From Thermoplasmata archaeon (GTDB lineage: Archaea > Thermoplasmatota > Thermoplasmata > Lutacidiplasmatales > UBA184): 64,000 nt of DNA. The position numbers were made by a program, and so were the translations under genes. The notes under the pieces are model-generated. The model saw only the letters and a list, made by a program, of their open reading frames with translations, was not told the origin of the DNA and ran no database searches. This document shows, one piece after another, positions 56,110 through 64,000 of the stretch. Location: the NCBI GenBank assembly GCA_052326485.1, contig JBKQMS010000031.1, positions 16,904 through 80,903 on the forward strand, in the 5' to 3' direction. Within the stretch, counting starts at the first letter, position 1, and each line of letters begins with the position of its first letter.

Positions 56110-57030
56110 ATGCCCGTGGACACTGCTCGCCCCTTTTTCGTCCCGCTGCGCACGCCGGGACCCACTCCGCTCTCCGAAGTGCCCGAGGGGGCGGCCCGCG
56201 TTCCGACCGGGGTGCCGGACTTCGATTCCCTCACCGGGGGGTTCCCGACCGGTTCCGTCGTGCTCCTCTTCGGCGAGGCCGGGTCCGGTCACCAGGAGTT
56301 CGCGCTCACCTCGGCCGTCCACTTGATGCTGCACTACGACGACCCCCGCATGCACCATTTCTATCTCGGGAGCGCGAAGGGGCCGTTCGTCTACCCTCAG
56401 GGGATCGTGTACGTGAGCACCAGCCGCTCCCGCGAGCAGGTGATCGCGGAGCTGCACGGCGCGTTCGACGTGACCTACTCGGAGGTGCTCTCGCGCCATC
56501 TGAACTTCCACGACCTTTCCCCGGCCTACTTCCAGGACACGGTCGTGCCCTCGTCGTGGGCGTCGCTCGCGAGCCCGCTCCTCTCGGGGGCTCCGGTCAG
56601 CGCCGCGCCGGACGACGGCGGCCCCCTGCGCGCGCTCGCGGACGCGATCGACCAGGACGGCCGTAAGAACCTCGTCATCGTCGATTCGCTCACCGACCTG
56701 CTCGTCCGAAGGGGCCTCGAGCCGGCGGACCTGCTCACCCTGCTCAAGGGGCTGCGCCGACGAGCGAAGGAGTGGGACGGCGTCGTCTACCTGCTGCTCT
56801 CGAAGGGGGTCGCCCCCGCCGCCGTCGAACAGGCCGTGATCGATTCGGTCGATGGGGTCCTGCACTTCAGTTGGGTCGCGAGCCCGAGCCAGTCCCATCG
56901 GCAACGAGCGATGGTGATCGACAAGTTCATGCCGATCCTCGCTCGGCTGCCGATCGAGTACCACGGACGGTTCGTGATCCGAGTGAACGCGGCGAGCGGA
57001 CTGGTGACCACACAATATGAGCGCGTCTGA
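56110..57030 (+). CDS. KaiC/RAD55-like RecA-fold protein with degenerate Walker A
   Basis: VPTGVPDFDSLTGGFPTGSVVLLFGEAGSGHQEF; VIVDSLTDL; VDGVLHF. Confidence 0.8.
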   Translation: MPVDTARPFFVPLRTPGPTPLSEVPEGAARVPTGVPDFDSLTGGFPTGSVVLLFGEAGSGHQEFALTSAVHLMLHYDDPRMHHFYLGSAKGPFVYPQGIVYVSTSRSREQVIAELHGAFDVTYSEVLSRHLNFHDLSPAYFQDTVVPSSWASLASPLLSGAPVSAAPDDGGPLRALADAIDQDGRKNLVIVDSLTDLLVRRGLEPADLLTLLKGLRRRAKEWDGVVYLLLSKGVAPAAVEQAVIDSVDGVLHFSWVASPSQSHRQRAMVIDKFMPILARLPIEYHGRFVIRVNAASGLVTTQYERV

Positions 57031-57751
57031 GAAGGCGGAGAAGGGCCGGCCCCGGGTCCCGACCGGGATCTCCGGGCTGGACGAGATGCTCGGGGGCGGG
57101 TTCCCCGCGGGTCACGTGGTCCTGGTTACCGGCCTCCCCGGCACCGGGAAGACCTGCTTCGGCCTCCAGTTCCTGATGGCCGGCGCGACCGCCGGGGAGA
57201 AGGGTGTCTTCCTCTCGCTCGAAGAGGACGTCGCTCCGCTCCTCGAGAGCGCTCGCATCTTCCACTGGCCGGTCGACGCCGCGGTCAGCGGGGGGACGCT
57301 CAAGATCCTTCGGATCGACCCCAAGGAGACCCGGCAGAGCCTCCACCGGATCCAGGGGGAGCTTGGGAAGGAGCTCACCGGCCTCGGCGCCCAGCGGATC
57401 GTCGTCGACTCGGTTTCCCTGCTCAACATGCTGAGCGACGACGAACCCGGCCGCCGATCGACGCTCTTCGCCCTCGCCGCCGCGTGCCGGGAGAGCGGTG
57501 CGACGACCGTGCTCACGGCGGAAGCCGACCCGCTCCATCCCGAGGTCAGCCGCGACGGGCTCAGCGAGTACGTCGCCGACGGGGTCCTCCTGCTCGGCTA
57601 CCGCACCGGGCCCGACGGGCACCGGGTGGGCCTCTCCCTTCGGGTGCTCAAGATGCGGCGGACCGCACACGCCCGCTCCGTCCAGCCGTACTCCATCGGC
57701 GCGAACGGGATCGCGGTGGACGCGAAGGCCGTCGACTTCGGCGGACCGTAG
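57017..57751 (+). CDS. KaiC-like RecA-superfamily ATPase (single domain)
   Basis: PTGISGLDEMLGGG, GLPGTGKT, SLEE, RIVVDSVS, EYVADGV, LKMRRT. Confidence 0.92.
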   Translation: MSASEKAEKGRPRVPTGISGLDEMLGGGFPAGHVVLVTGLPGTGKTCFGLQFLMAGATAGEKGVFLSLEEDVAPLLESARIFHWPVDAAVSGGTLKILRIDPKETRQSLHRIQGELGKELTGLGAQRIVVDSVSLLNMLSDDEPGRRSTLFALAAACRESGATTVLTAEADPLHPEVSRDGLSEYVADGVLLLGYRTGPDGHRVGLSLRVLKMRRTAHARSVQPYSIGANGIAVDAKAVDFGGP

Positions 57752-57823
57752 TTCCCCCCTCGTGTCGGGGTCCGTCCGCGCCTCTTAGTACGCCTTCACC
57801 TTCGGAGGCGCGACCGCGCTCCT

Positions 57824-58984
57824 ATGCCGCCCACCGAGCGTCCACGAGATCTCCCGGTTCGGGCGACGCTTCCCGGGATCCCCCCACCGGACCGGGCGAC
57901 ACCGTCCTGGGTGCTGTACGTCGACCTCGATGCCTACTACGTCTCCTGCGAGCTTCGTGAACGGCCCGAGCTCAAGGGTCGGCCCGTGATCGTCGGACCC
58001 CCGCCGGCCGAAGGCCCGACCCGAGGCGTGGTGCTCTCGGCCAGCTACGAGGCGAGACCGTCCGGAGTCCGGAGCGCCATGCCGGCCGCCCAGGCGGCGA
58101 GGCTGTGTCCCGAAGCGGTCTGGATCCCACCGGATTTCGAAAAGTACGAGCGGGTCGCCCGAGACGTTCGCGCCGTACTGCGACGCCACTCGCCCACGGT
58201 GATCCCCTACAGCATCGACGAGGCCGCGGTGGTCGTACGCGGGGTCGATGCTGCGGAGGCCCGGCGCATCGCCGGGACGATCCAGAAGGAGCTCCTCGAG
58301 GAGCTGGCGCTTCCCGCCTCGGTCGGCGTCGCGACCTCTCGGGTGATCGCCAAGATCGCGACGGACCGAGCGAAGCCCGCGGGCATCCGCGTGGTCCTTC
58401 CCGAGGAGGCGGCCGCCTTCCTCGCGCCGCTTCCCGTCCGAGCCATCCCCGGAGTGGGTCCGAAGACCGAGGAGATCCTCCACGGCCGGGGGATCCAGAC
58501 GATCGGGGACCTGGCGGGACGAAAGCCCTCCGAGCTCGCCCGCGCCCTCGGCTCGTTCGCGGGGGAGCTCGTCGCCCTCGCGCGCGGCGAGCCCCGGGAG
58601 GAGCCCGAGGCGTCGGACGAGCCCCGGTCGCGCTCGACCGACCACACGTTCGCGCGCGACGTGGACCAGTGGGAGGAGGTCGAGGCGACGGTCCGCACCC
58701 TCGCCGGCGAGCTCGCCGGGGCCCTCGGCCGCGAGAACCTCCGCTACGGGACCGTGGGCGTGGCCTTCCGGTGGGCCGACTTCTCGCGCTCCCAGCGGAG
58801 CCGTTCCCTCGGGGCGGCGCGCGAAGGGGCCGTCCCGCTCGCCGAGGCCGCCGTCCGTCTCGCCCGCGAGCTCTGGGAATCCGAGCGTTCCTCGCGGCGC
58901 CGAACGGTACGCACGGTGTCGGTGCGGACCGAGCGGTTCGTCCCGCGAACGCAGCGACAGGTCTTCCTCGACGACTTCCGGTGA
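57824..58984 (+). CDS. dinB: Y-family DNA polymerase IV (Dpo4/DinB)
   Basis: YVDLDAYYVSCE, SASYEAR..GVRSAMP, SIDEA, AKIAT..AKPAG, IPGVGPKT. Confidence 0.95.
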   Translation: MPPTERPRDLPVRATLPGIPPPDRATPSWVLYVDLDAYYVSCELRERPELKGRPVIVGPPPAEGPTRGVVLSASYEARPSGVRSAMPAAQAARLCPEAVWIPPDFEKYERVARDVRAVLRRHSPTVIPYSIDEAAVVVRGVDAAEARRIAGTIQKELLEELALPASVGVATSRVIAKIATDRAKPAGIRVVLPEEAAAFLAPLPVRAIPGVGPKTEEILHGRGIQTIGDLAGRKPSELARALGSFAGELVALARGEPREEPEASDEPRSRSTDHTFARDVDQWEEVEATVRTLAGELAGALGRENLRYGTVGVAFRWADFSRSQRSRSLGAAREGAVPLAEAAVRLARELWESERSSRRRTVRTVSVRTERFVPRTQRQVFLDDFR

Positions 58985-59046
58985 GCTCGACCCGGAGGGA
59001 GTTAAGTACGTTCGGTCGACTTCGACACGCCGGCGCGTGAGCCCTC

Positions 59047-60408
59047 GTGACCGAACCCGCCCATGCTCCTCCCGCCCGAGACCCCCTCCGTGGGGAGACG
59101 GACGCCCCTATCGTCAGCTCGCGTCTTGGTGTCCCGATCCCGGCGTACCAGGGTCGTTCGCTCCCGAACCTGTCGTCCTCCTTGGCGGCCGCGCTCGGGC
59201 GCCGGGACGACGAATCGCCCCCGTTGCCTCCCCTCGAAGCCGACCTCGACCCGTTCGAGGGCCGGAGGGCGGAGGGTCCGGTAGTGGTCTTCCTGGTCGA
59301 TGGTCTCGGCTGGTCATCGCTCCTCGCTTCCGCCGACCGGGTCCCCGAGGGCACGGCCGCGAGGTGGGTCCGCCGAGCGGGGCCGCTCACCTCGGTGTTC
59401 CCGACCACTACCACGATCGCGCTCACCAGCCTCTCGACCGGTGCGGCTCCCGGCCAGCACGGGGTCGTGGGGCACCGCGTCTACCTGCCGCACTTCGGCA
59501 CCGTGGTGGAGGTCCTACGGATGTCCCCGATCGGCGTGGCCGCCGCGGAAACTTTGGTGGGTCCGGACTGGTCCCCCGGGCTCCTCTCCGCGGTCCCCAG
59601 CATCTTCCGCCGGGGGATCCCGGGCGTGGCCATTTCGCGGGACCAGTTCGAGGGGACCGGCTTCACGCGTCTCATCTACGATGGCGCGACGTTCGTGGGC
59701 TACTTCACCGAAAGCGACCTCGCGCTGTCGCTCGTCACCGTCCTCTCCCGCCCCGACCCTCCTCCGCTCGTGTTTGCGTATTGGGACGACCTCGACCTCG
59801 CGCACCACCTGCGGGGACCCCAACACGAGTTCGTCGACCTCGAGCTGAAGCGGGTCGAGTCCGTCCTCTCGTACACCGCCCGACATCTGGGACCGGACCT
59901 CGCGCGCCGGACAACGGTCGTCGTGACGGGAGACCACGGGCAGGTCCCGATGGAGACGGACCGATTGCTCGCCGTCGACCGCGAGCCGTCGCTCCTCGAA
60001 CACATGTCCCGACCGCCCGCGGGCGACCGTCGTGCGGCCTACTTCTCAGCTCGACCCGGCCATCTCCCCGCCCTCCGCGAGGCCCTCGAGGCGCGCCTGC
60101 CGGCAGGCGGTCACCTCATCGGAATGCCCGACGCGGTCGAGGGCGGGCTCTACGGTCCTCCCCCGTTCCACTCCGAACTGGCGGAGCGGCTCGGAGACCT
60201 GCTCCTCCTATTGCCCAATCCAGGGGGCGTGACCTACTCCGTTCCCGGCACGCGACCCCGCCGGCACCCGATGCGGGGGGCCCACGGGGGCCTCGAGCCC
60301 GAGGAGCTCTTCGTGCCGCTCATCCGTGCCCCGCTCTCCGAGCTCGTCGCCGGGTCCTCCCGGACCCCTCATCTACCATCCGGACCTCCCGCGAGGGAGG
60401 GAACGTGA
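59047..60408 (+). CDS. Alkaline phosphatase superfamily nucleotide pyrophosphatase/phosphodiesterase
   Basis: FLVDGLG, SVFPTTT, TG..PGQHG, D...H..GP, TGDHG, GAHGG; TTAAGTA box upstream. Confidence 0.88.
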   Translation: MTEPAHAPPARDPLRGETDAPIVSSRLGVPIPAYQGRSLPNLSSSLAAALGRRDDESPPLPPLEADLDPFEGRRAEGPVVVFLVDGLGWSSLLASADRVPEGTAARWVRRAGPLTSVFPTTTTIALTSLSTGAAPGQHGVVGHRVYLPHFGTVVEVLRMSPIGVAAAETLVGPDWSPGLLSAVPSIFRRGIPGVAISRDQFEGTGFTRLIYDGATFVGYFTESDLALSLVTVLSRPDPPPLVFAYWDDLDLAHHLRGPQHEFVDLELKRVESVLSYTARHLGPDLARRTTVVVTGDHGQVPMETDRLLAVDREPSLLEHMSRPPAGDRRAAYFSARPGHLPALREALEARLPAGGHLIGMPDAVEGGLYGPPPFHSELAERLGDLLLLLPNPGGVTYSVPGTRPRRHPMRGAHGGLEPEELFVPLIRAPLSELVAGSSRTPHLPSGPPAREGT

Positions 60409-61424
60409 CCGAGTTCCGTCGCGACCCGATCACCGGACGTTCCGCGATCATCGTCCCCGGCCGGAGCGCACGGCCCAACGACCACGCCGTAGCACCGCCC
60501 TCGACCCCGAACGAGCCCGACTGCCCGTTCTGCGAAGGGAACGAGTCGCGGACTCCTTCTGAGGTCGCCGTGGCCGCGCCGCCGGGCCGCCGACCGAACG
60601 AGCGGGGCTGGTACGTGCGCACCATCCCGAACCGGTTCCCCACGGTCGCCCCTGAGACCTCAGGACCCGGCCCGACCGATGGGTCGTCCGGATTCGAGCG
60701 TCGTCCGGCGTTCGGCTACCATGAGGTCGTCATCGAGAGCCCGTCCCATGCGCCGCTGCTCGCGTTCCTGCCCCGCGAGCAGGTCCTCCGCGTGATTCGG
60801 ATGTGCCGCGACCGGGTCCGCCGTCTTTCCGAGAACGCTCACGTGGGCTCCATCACCCTTTTCGAGAACGCCGGACCGGAGTCGGGGGGCTCGCTCTGGC
60901 ACCCCCACGCTCAGCTCGTCACGGTCCCCGAGCTCGCCCCGGCGCTCCGGGAGGAGATGGAGGGTGCGGAGCGATACCGGCAGCGGGTGGGCGCTGAGTG
61001 CGCGTTCGAGGAGGCCGCGGCCGCCGAGGTCCGGGACGGATCGCGTGTGCTGTTCGACTCGGGCCAACTCCTCGCCTACGCTCCGTTTGCTTCTGCCTAC
61101 CCATTCGAGGTCCGGGTCGTCCCGCACCGGCACGCGCCCTCGTTCGGCGAGGCGACCGACGACGAGGCGGACGCGCTGGCCAACCGTCTGCCCGCCATTC
61201 TGCGCGCCCTCCAGGTGGTCCTGCCCGGGGCCTCGTACAACTTCGTCGTACGGTCCCCGGTCGCTCCCGCACCGGCGTACGACCGATATCACTGGCACCT
61301 CGACCTGTACCCTCGCCTCGTCCGCCCGGACGGCTTCGACCTCGGCTCCGGGTTCCCCGTGAACACGGTGACCCCCGAGGACGCCGCCGAGGCGCTGCGG
61401 GCCGCGATGGGCGCAAAACGCTAA
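60405..61424 (+). CDS. galT: Galactose-1-phosphate uridylyltransferase family
   Basis: EFRRDP, R..RP, CPFCEGNE, PNRFP, HEVVIESP.H, SLWHPHAQ, YHWH; GTGA overlap with the upstream gene. Confidence 0.9.
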   Translation: MTEFRRDPITGRSAIIVPGRSARPNDHAVAPPSTPNEPDCPFCEGNESRTPSEVAVAAPPGRRPNERGWYVRTIPNRFPTVAPETSGPGPTDGSSGFERRPAFGYHEVVIESPSHAPLLAFLPREQVLRVIRMCRDRVRRLSENAHVGSITLFENAGPESGGSLWHPHAQLVTVPELAPALREEMEGAERYRQRVGAECAFEEAAAAEVRDGSRVLFDSGQLLAYAPFASAYPFEVRVVPHRHAPSFGEATDDEADALANRLPAILRALQVVLPGASYNFVVRSPVAPAPAYDRYHWHLDLYPRLVRPDGFDLGSGFPVNTVTPEDAAEALRAAMGAKR

Positions 61425-61449
61425 TGGCCGACGACCGGTCCGAGCGGTC

Positions 61450-63213
61450 GTGGGCGAGCTGAGGGAGCCGATCGTCTCGCTGCTCGGGCACGTCGATCAC
61501 GGCAAGACGACGTTGCTCGACCGGATCGCGGGGAGCGTGCGCGCCGCGAAGGAGCCCGGCGGGATCACCCAGCACATCGGCGCCATCGAGGTGCCCGGCT
61601 CGACCGTCCGCCGCCTCTGCGAGGGGGTCCTCCGGAACGAGCAGTTGCGGCTCCCCGGACTGCTCTTCGTCGACACGCCCGGACACCGCTCGTTCGAGAC
61701 CCTCCGGCGGCGTGGAGGGGCGCTCGCGGACCTCGCGATCCTGGTGATCGACGTACGGGAGGGGGTCATGCCCCAGACCCGCGAGTCGGTCCAGATCCTT
61801 CGGCGCGAGAAGACCCCGTTCGCGGTCGCGCTCACGAAGATCGACCTCCTCGGAGGCTGGCGGAAGCCCGTCGGTCCGCTACCGCTCCTCGAGGCGATCC
61901 ATCGTTCGGCGCCCGACTTCCAGAAGCTCCTCGACCAGCGCGTCTATTCCGTCGCCGAAGAGCTCGACCACTTGGGCTTCAGCGCCGAGCGCTTCGACCG
62001 GGTCAGCGACTTCACCCGGAACGTGGGGATCATGCCGGTATCGGCGAAGACCGGTGTCGGCGTCCCCGAGCTGATCGCGCTCCTGGTGGGCCTCTCCCAA
62101 CGGTTCCTCGAAGGCGAGCTCGAGCTCATCACGGAGGGCGGGGAGGCGACGATCCTCGAGCGGAGCGACCAGAAAGGGGTCGGTCCGGTCGGCAACGTCA
62201 TCATTTACCGTGGCCGGCTCAAGGTCGGCGACGAGATCGTCGCGACCGGACGCGAGGAGCCGTTCGCCACCCGGATCCGCGGGATCTATCGACCGGTCCC
62301 GCTCAAAGAGGGTCGCACCTCGAAGCAGGTTCGTCTCGCCTCCCTATCGGAGGTGCAGGCCGCGGCGGGAGTGTACCTGGCAGCGACGGGGATCGAGGAG
62401 GCGATGCCGGGCGGCCTCCTCAAGGTCGTCCGAAGCGAGGAAGAGAAGGCCCGCGTCATCGAAGAGCTCGCGCGGGAAAGCCAGCCGGTCGCGGAGGTTG
62501 CGCTCAGCGGCGTCGCGATCTACGCCGACACGCTCGGGGGCCTCGAGGCGCTGGCGTTCGAGTGCCGAGAGCGGGGCATCCCCATCCACGAGGCCGGGGT
62601 CGGGCCCGTGGGCCGACCGACCGTCATGCGAATGGCGATCGTGAAGGACCCCACCCATCGGGCGGTCCTCGCGTTCGCGGTCCCGATCCTTCCCGACGCC
62701 ATCCCCGAGGGCGAGGCCGCCTCGGTCCGCGTCTTTCGCGCCGACGTGATGTACCGGCTCATCGAGGAGTACGACGCCTGGCGGACCGAGCGGAAGCGGG
62801 AGCTCGAGGTCCAGCGCCGGCTCGAGCACGTGCACCCCGCCAAACTCGAGGTCCTCCCCGGGTTCGTCTTCCGCGCCTCGAAACCCGCGATCGTCGGCAT
62901 CAAGGTGCGCGGGGGGACGTTGCGACCGGGCGTACGGCTCATGCATCTGGACGGCACGGAGGTGGGCGTGCTGAAGTCGCTCCAGAAGGAGGGCGAGTCG
63001 GTGACCGAGGCCGAGGAGAACGCGGAGCTCGCCGCGTCGATTGACGGCGCGGTCATCGGTCGGAACCTGAAGGAAGGAGACGTCCTGGTCGTGTCGCTCT
63101 CCGAGAGCGCCGCGCGGGCCCTCCGGGGTCAGCCGCTCTCCCCGTCCGAACAGGCGATCTTGGACGAGGTCGTCCGCCTCCACCGAGCGACCCACCCCTT
63201 CTGGGGGCAATAG
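61450..63213 (+). CDS. infB: Translation initiation factor aIF5B (IF-2)
   Basis: LREPIVSLLGHVDHGKTTLLD, EPGGITQHIGA, DTPGH, TKID, VFRASKPAIVG, PFWG. Confidence 0.96.
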   Translation: MGELREPIVSLLGHVDHGKTTLLDRIAGSVRAAKEPGGITQHIGAIEVPGSTVRRLCEGVLRNEQLRLPGLLFVDTPGHRSFETLRRRGGALADLAILVIDVREGVMPQTRESVQILRREKTPFAVALTKIDLLGGWRKPVGPLPLLEAIHRSAPDFQKLLDQRVYSVAEELDHLGFSAERFDRVSDFTRNVGIMPVSAKTGVGVPELIALLVGLSQRFLEGELELITEGGEATILERSDQKGVGPVGNVIIYRGRLKVGDEIVATGREEPFATRIRGIYRPVPLKEGRTSKQVRLASLSEVQAAAGVYLAATGIEEAMPGGLLKVVRSEEEKARVIEELARESQPVAEVALSGVAIYADTLGGLEALAFECRERGIPIHEAGVGPVGRPTVMRMAIVKDPTHRAVLAFAVPILPDAIPEGEAASVRVFRADVMYRLIEEYDAWRTERKRELEVQRRLEHVHPAKLEVLPGFVFRASKPAIVGIKVRGGTLRPGVRLMHLDGTEVGVLKSLQKEGESVTEAEENAELAASIDGAVIGRNLKEGDVLVVSLSESAARALRGQPLSPSEQAILDEVVRLHRATHPFWGQ

Positions 63214-63235
63214 TCGGTCGAACGGGAGCGGCGCC

Positions 63236-63862
63236 CTACCGGCGCCGTTCGCCGCGGTCGGAATCCCAATCCTCTGGGGGAAGGCTGGGATGGCGGACCG
63301 CCGCAACCTCGACGTCCGGGTCCGGATACACCCCTGCGGGCAGGAAGAGGCCCAGGAAGAGCGCGATCCCACCGATCGTGAGGAGCGCGACCCCACCGGT
63401 GGCGATCAGCCCCCACCCCCACGCGGGGAACGGCGCCGTCGGAGCGAAGCTGATCGAGAACATCGCGGAGAACCTCAGCGAGAGGTTCCCGGGGTTCGCT
63501 GCGAGGAGGATGTAGAGGGAGGCGTTGGACGGAACGACGGTCCCCTGGCCGGAGGTCGCCGCCGACCATCTGAGGACGGCGGACCCGGTCCGGCAGGGCC
63601 CGAACGGACCGACGCAGCTCGTCACCGGCCACAGGGAGACGTTGGCGGGCGAGCTTGCCGTCCACGACAGCGCGATCGAGCCCGCGCCGGGGGTCGGCCC
63701 GGAGACGATCCATGTCTCGTTCGAGTGGGGAGCGAGGTCGGGGTCCTGGGAGCTGACCTGGCTCGTGTTCGCCGAACCCGATGAGAGGAAGACTAGGGTG
63801 AGGATCAGCCCCACCCCGAGCACCGCGATGATGGTTCCGAGAACGACCAGTCCGGTGCGCAC
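63236..63862 (-). CDS. Hypothetical membrane protein (N- and C-terminal TM helices flanking an extracellular domain)
   Basis: Two hydrophobic helices, NxS/T sequons between them, acidic tail. Confidence 0.7.
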   Translation of the reverse strand: MRTGLVVLGTIIAVLGVGLILTLVFLSSGSANTSQVSSQDPDLAPHSNETWIVSGPTPGAGSIALSWTASSPANVSLWPVTSCVGPFGPCRTGSAVLRWSAATSGQGTVVPSNASLYILLAANPGNLSLRFSAMFSISFAPTAPFPAWGWGLIATGGVALLTIGGIALFLGLFLPAGVYPDPDVEVAAVRHPSLPPEDWDSDRGERRR

Positions 63863-64000
63863 GGAAGGCCGGAGAGGGGCTCTCCCAATAGACTTACGGG
63901 ACTAACGAAGCCCGCCGGTCCTCGGTGAGGGGCGTATATACTCGCGACCCGTACGTGCGATGCCGTGACAGAGGCCGGGGAAGGGTCGACTTCCCACGGG

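Noticed and set aside
61424..61462. ATG overlapping the galT stop, out of frame with infB (possible frameshift or uORF)
   Set aside because: In-frame GTG 61450 gives a normal N-terminus (MGELREPIV), so no recoding is needed.
1..64000. Numerous long alternative-frame and antisense ORFs in the track (e.g. 5804-7579, 13117-14838, 32680-34368, 39735-41753)
   Set aside because: They are Arg/Pro/Gly-rich shadows of well-supported genes, as expected in GC-rich DNA, and carry no motifs.
1..64000. CRISPR arrays, rRNA, transposases/integrases, defence systems
   Set aside because: No regularly spaced repeats, rRNA-like tracts or matching protein motifs were seen.
63935..64000. TATATA box followed by GGGAAG/CTTCCC hairpin: possible start of RNase P or SRP RNA
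   Set aside because: Truncated, with no diagnostic motif visible; equally explained by a GTG-start ORF (MTEAGEGSTSHG...).

Overview
GC-rich, densely coded archaeal chromosome segment. Evidence for an archaeon: egsA, thermosome, Hel308, aIF5B, UPF0179, archaeal-type LeuRS and TATA-type promoters. Gene content and LeuRS type suggest a high-GC Thermoplasmata lineage (inference only). About 56 mostly housekeeping CDS: replication/repair (Cdc6-like, Hel308, Smc-ScpA-ScpB, DinB), translation/RNA (RqcH, LeuS, QueE, TruD, Nog1, beta-CASP nuclease, aIF5B), metabolism (GcvPA/PB, PfkA-family kinase, MtnA, NAD kinase, GalT, UppS, Dcd), three MFS transporters, two large membrane-anchored surface proteins and a small glycosylation cassette. 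The most striking signal is missing from the ORF track: two minus-strand tRNA genes, each interrupted at a non-canonical position. tRNA-Pro(UGG) has a ~35-nt D-loop intron. tRNA-Asp(GUC) has a 33-nt T-loop intron (59/60) with a clear bulge-helix-bulge. Other leads are a YVTN/Kelch surface protein paired with a membrane-tethered wHTH protein, a degenerate+intact KaiC-like pair, a LeuRS with HVGT/KVSKK motifs, probable non-canonical start codons and two structured intergenic RNA candidates. No CRISPR array, rRNA, integrase or transposase was seen. All assignments come from reading motifs by eye; no database searches were run.
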